64,000 nucleotides of DNA from Occultella glacieicola (GTDB lineage: Bacteria; Actinomycetota; Actinomycetes; Actinomycetales; Beutenbergiaceae): positions 62,001 through 126,000 of the forward strand of contig NZ_SMNA01000010.1 in assembly GCF_004353825.1 (NCBI RefSeq), in the 5' to 3' direction. The position numbers and the translations under genes were made by a program. A model generated the notes under the pieces. The model was not told the origin of the DNA. It saw nothing but the letters and a program-made list of their open reading frames with translations, and searched no databases. How positions within the stretch are numbered: position 1 is the stretch's first letter; the number at the start of each line of letters is the position of its first letter. This document shows positions 61,104 to 64,000 of this stretch, in pieces.

Positions 61104-61304
61104 GTGAGGTACGAGTTCCTGATCGCGGGCACGGTCTCCAAGACGGTCGAGGCCGCATTCCCGGAGCTGGCGGTGACGAGGGCGCCGGCGGGCGGCACGT
61201 CGCTGTACGGCCCGGTCGACGACGACGCCAGGGTCCGCGAACTGCTGGACCGGTTCGACGACCTCGGCATACCGGTCGTGGAGATGCGGCGCCTCCCGGA
61301 CTGA
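61104..61304 (+). CDS. 66-aa small protein (possible ACT/ferredoxin-like fold)
   Basis: GAGGAGG RBS; MRYEFLIAGTVSKTVEAAFPEL...LYGPVDDDARVRELLDRFDDLGIPVVEMRRLPD. Confidence 0.8.
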   Translation: MRYEFLIAGTVSKTVEAAFPELAVTRAPAGGTSLYGPVDDDARVRELLDRFDDLGIPVVEMRRLPD

Positions 61305-61336
61305 GCCCGGCCGCCGCGAGCGCGCTGCCGATGCGT

Positions 61337-61852
61337 TCAGCGGGTCGGCGGAACCCCACCGGTCGGAGGCATCCCCGCAGGCGGCGTGCCACCGGGACGG
61401 CGCAGCGCCATGGCCACGGCGCTGCGTGCCACGGATGCCACCAGCGTCCCGATCGCGATTCCGATGACCGCGTTGATGACCGCCGTGGCGATCTTCGTGT
61501 CGAGTCCGGTGTCCGGGACGAACGGCATCACCACGGCGATCACGGTGGCCAGGCCGATGACCCAGCCGAAGAAGCGCTGGGGTTGCGGCGTGGTCAGGAT
61601 CAGGACGTGCATCAGGCCCGTGGCGAGCAGGGCTGCGACGGCGGCGGCCCCGGCGTACCAGAACGTGCTCGCGTTCCCCCAGGCTCCATCGCCCTCGGGG
61701 GCCAGGATCGCGATGCCGAGGACGCCCCGGCAGATCACGATCCCGGCGACCGCGATCAGCGCGGCGACCAGTGCGGTGGCGCCGCCACCGGCCCAGAGCC
61801 GGCCGGCATCCACGGGTGGGTGGGACGGCGGTGTCGCGTTCGCCTGGGTCAT
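61337..61852 (-). CDS. DUF6069-like 4-TM membrane protein
   Basis: VDAGRLWAGGGATALVAALIAVAG and LLATGLMHVLILTTPQPQRFFGWV. Confidence 0.75.
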   Translation of the reverse strand: MTQANATPPSHPPVDAGRLWAGGGATALVAALIAVAGIVICRGVLGIAILAPEGDGAWGNASTFWYAGAAAVAALLATGLMHVLILTTPQPQRFFGWVIGLATVIAVVMPFVPDTGLDTKIATAVINAVIGIAIGTLVASVARSAVAMALRRPGGTPPAGMPPTGGVPPTR

Positions 61853-61923
61853 GTCTGGGACCTCCCGATCCATGCAGGGACAACGGTCTGCCGCAAGACT
61901 GCCGGTGCCGGCGCGCGCTGGAA

Positions 61924-61940
61924 TCATCCGAGCCGGGTGA
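61924..61940. promoter_or_regulatory. Palindromic box TCATCC-GAGCC-GGGTGA
   Basis: 71 bp upstream of the DUF6069-like ATG and 70 bp upstream of the divergent ATG at 62011. Confidence 0.7.
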
Positions 61941-62010
61941 CTGACGCTCGGAACCAGCCCGCATCGCGCTCGCCGGGTCAGGTCCGCGCTCGGGCGATAT
62001 CCTCGACGGT

Positions 62011-62694
62011 ATGTCCTTCCTCGCGCGCCTCAAGGAGATGTTCGCCCGACCGGAGCCGGCTCCGGGACCGGGGGCGCGGCGCCCCAGCCACGCCCCGCTG
62101 CCGGCCGACGCCGGCCAGGAGGACCGCCTGCGGGAGAAGCTGGCGGGGGACCCGAACGACGTCGACGCGTTCAACGAACTTGCCGAACTCGTCCGGCGCC
62201 GGGCCGCCGAGGTCGAGCAGCCGGACCCGCTCACCGCCGAGACCGGCCCGATCCGGGCTCAGGCCGCGGACACCGCGCACTGGGCGCTCGCCGAGGAGCT
62301 GGCCGGCCGACCCACGGCCTGGTACCCGCTCGTCGAGCTCGCTCGACTGTCCCTCCTGGATGACAAGGAGGGTGCGATGCGCCGCCTCGGGGCCGCCTGC
62401 GAGCGGGACCCGAGCGGGCGGGCGCTCGTCGCGGGCGTCCGGATGCTCCGGGACGCGCACATGCCCGCGGACGCGCTCGGGCTGGGTGTGGGGCACTGGT
62501 CGCCCGCCGATCAGGACGCGGAGGCCGGCCGTCAGGTGATCCGGGCCGCGCTCGACGCCGGCCGCCCGACAGACGCCCGACGGCACCTGAGTGCCCTCGC
62601 CGAATACGGGGCGGACCGCCCCGGCACCGCCGGAGTGGTCGCCGAGCTGGAACCCTTCGTCGCCGCCGCGGAGGCGAGCACGCAGACCTCCTGA
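62011..62694 (+). CDS. Hypothetical helical (TPR-like) protein
   Basis: DPNDVDAFNELAELVRR and WALAEELAG...AWYPLVELARL; host-like codon usage. Confidence 0.7.
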   Translation: MSFLARLKEMFARPEPAPGPGARRPSHAPLPADAGQEDRLREKLAGDPNDVDAFNELAELVRRRAAEVEQPDPLTAETGPIRAQAADTAHWALAEELAGRPTAWYPLVELARLSLLDDKEGAMRRLGAACERDPSGRALVAGVRMLRDAHMPADALGLGVGHWSPADQDAEAGRQVIRAALDAGRPTDARRHLSALAEYGADRPGTAGVVAELEPFVAAAEASTQTS

Positions 62695-62720
62695 GCCCCC
62701 GCCGTCGGCCCTCTTCGACC

Positions 62721-63440
62721 TCAGCCGACCGGGTCGCCCCGCACGCCGAAACGGACCACCTCGACCGTGGCGGTCGGGGCCAGGTCCGGATAGTGGCCTC
62801 GGAGGCCCTCGCGCAGGCGCTCCAGCGACTCGGGGGAGTCGACCCCGGCCTCCTCCGGCCGGAGGAGATCGAGCCGGTGGGAAGCCACCGAGTGCACCTC
62901 TCCCGCGAGCGTGCGCGGCGGGTCGTCCTCGAAGACGAGGAGCGCAGGCCCGACGGCGACCGGATCGTCATGCCGGACGGTCACGGTCTTGCGGCCGGTC
63001 GCCACGTCGTCGTAGTAGCGCTTGTTGAAGCGCACCAGGCGCGCGGGTCGGGCGTCGCGGTGGTTGTAGGTCTGCGGTAGGAGTGCCCGGAGGGTGCGTA
63101 GCTCCGGCCCGTTCGCAGCGGGCACGGCCACCAGGATGTCCGGGTGGAGCTCGACCAGGACCTGTCGGCACCGGCCACACGGCTCGATGACGCCACGGCC
63201 GCCGTCGCCCGCTGCGGCGATGGTCAGCAGCGGGCCGGCGTCCGCTGCGGCCGCCACCCCGAGCGCGACCAGTTCGGCGCACGGGCCGCCGGTGAAGTGG
63301 TACACGTTGACGCCGGTGTGGATCCGCCCCCGGGTGTCCATCACGGCGGCCGCAACGGTGTGGTTCAGGTCGGCGCCGAGCCGCCCGGCCAGGGCCACGG
63401 CCGCGTCGACCACGCGGCGTTCGGGCTCGAGGAGGTCCAT
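62721..63440 (-). CDS. Cytidine/blasticidin-S deaminase-like domain fused to an ASCH domain
   Basis: HTVAAA, GVNVYHFTGGPCAELVALG and PCGRCRQ, then FNKRYYDDVATGRKTVTVR...LREGLRGHYP...VVRF. Confidence 0.8.
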   Translation of the reverse strand: MDLLEPERRVVDAAVALAGRLGADLNHTVAAAVMDTRGRIHTGVNVYHFTGGPCAELVALGVAAAADAGPLLTIAAAGDGGRGVIEPCGRCRQVLVELHPDILVAVPAANGPELRTLRALLPQTYNHRDARPARLVRFNKRYYDDVATGRKTVTVRHDDPVAVGPALLVFEDDPPRTLAGEVHSVASHRLDLLRPEEAGVDSPESLERLREGLRGHYPDLAPTATVEVVRFGVRGDPVG

Positions 63441-63516
63441 GCGGCCATCCTGCCGCACGGGGCCGATGCCCCACGTTCGGCGGCGTACCGCCGACCAGGG
63501 CGCCGTCGACGACGAA

Positions 63517-63551
63517 CGCCGACCCCCGCCGTCGGGCGGCAGGGATCGGCG
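63517..63551 (-). terminator. Probable aceE terminator
   Basis: Imperfect GC stem CGCCGA...TCGGCG, followed by TTCGT on the minus strand. Confidence 0.5.
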
Positions 63552-63577
63552 TCCGAAGAACGGAACCCGTCAGGCGA

Positions 63578-64000
63578 TCAGGAGTCGCCCCCGGCGGTGC
63601 CGGTGGTGCCGGCGTTGACGTCCAGGAGCCGGTAGCGCTCCACGGCCTGGGCCGGCGCGGAGGCGTCGACCTCGCCGCGCTTGGCCAGCGCCTGCAGCGT
63701 GCGGGCCACGATCGAGTGGGTGTCGATCAGGAAGTGGCGGCGCACCGCGGGCCGGGTGTCGGAGAAGCCGAAGCCGTCCGCACCGAGCGTCCAGTAGTCG
63801 CCCGGCACCCACGCCCGGATCTGGTCCGGGAGCTGGAAGTCGTAGTCGGTGGAGGCGATGTACGGGCCACCGGCGTCCTTCAGCTTGGCGGTCACGTACG
63901 GCTCGCGCTGCTCGCCGTTCGGGTCGACGAACGCCTGCCGGTCCGCGGCGAGGCCGTCGCGACGCAACTCGGTCCAGCTGGTCACCGACCACACGTCCGC
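63578..64000 (-). CDS. aceE: Pyruvate dehydrogenase E1, C-terminal part (truncated by the window edge)
   Basis: WSVTSWTELRRDG and LGADGFGFSDTRPAVRRHF. Confidence 0.95.
   Translation of the reverse strand, partial: ADVWSVTSWTELRRDGLAADRQAFVDPNGEQREPYVTAKLKDAGGPYIASTDYDFQLPDQIRAWVPGDYWTLGADGFGFSDTRPAVRRHFLIDTHSIVARTLQALAKRGEVDASAPAQAVERYRLLDVNAGTTGTAGGDS

Overview
High-GC actinobacterial chromosome segment, probably Micrococcales (a judgement from gene content and order). The backbone carries leuA with a Leu-rich leader peptide, recO-uppS, a znuACB-zur-dedA-like zinc operon, glyQS, dusB, a malR/malEFG/GH13 cluster, dgt-dnaG, tRNA-Asn, tRNA-Ile2(CAT), icmF, def, DUF3145, fasR-fabD-fabH-acpP-fabF and the 3' end of aceE. 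Four accessory features stand out. (1) A ~9 kb module between fasR and aceE holds two MalT-like STAND-ATPase/LuxR regulators, a cytoplasmic sulfatase, a 66-aa protein and a DUF6069-like membrane protein; each of the three non-regulator genes has the same TCAYCC-N5-GGGTGA palindrome 57-71 bp upstream. (2) An orphan His-Me nuclease with a leader resembling those of contractile-injection-system effectors (xQRxxGN...VQR) lies just downstream of tRNA-Ile2. (3) A cytidine/blasticidin-S-type deaminase is fused to an ASCH domain. (4) A LacI/ABC/GH130 locus includes an unknown Tat-exported protein. No CRISPR array, integrase or transposase was seen. All product calls come from motif recognition by eye; no database search was run.
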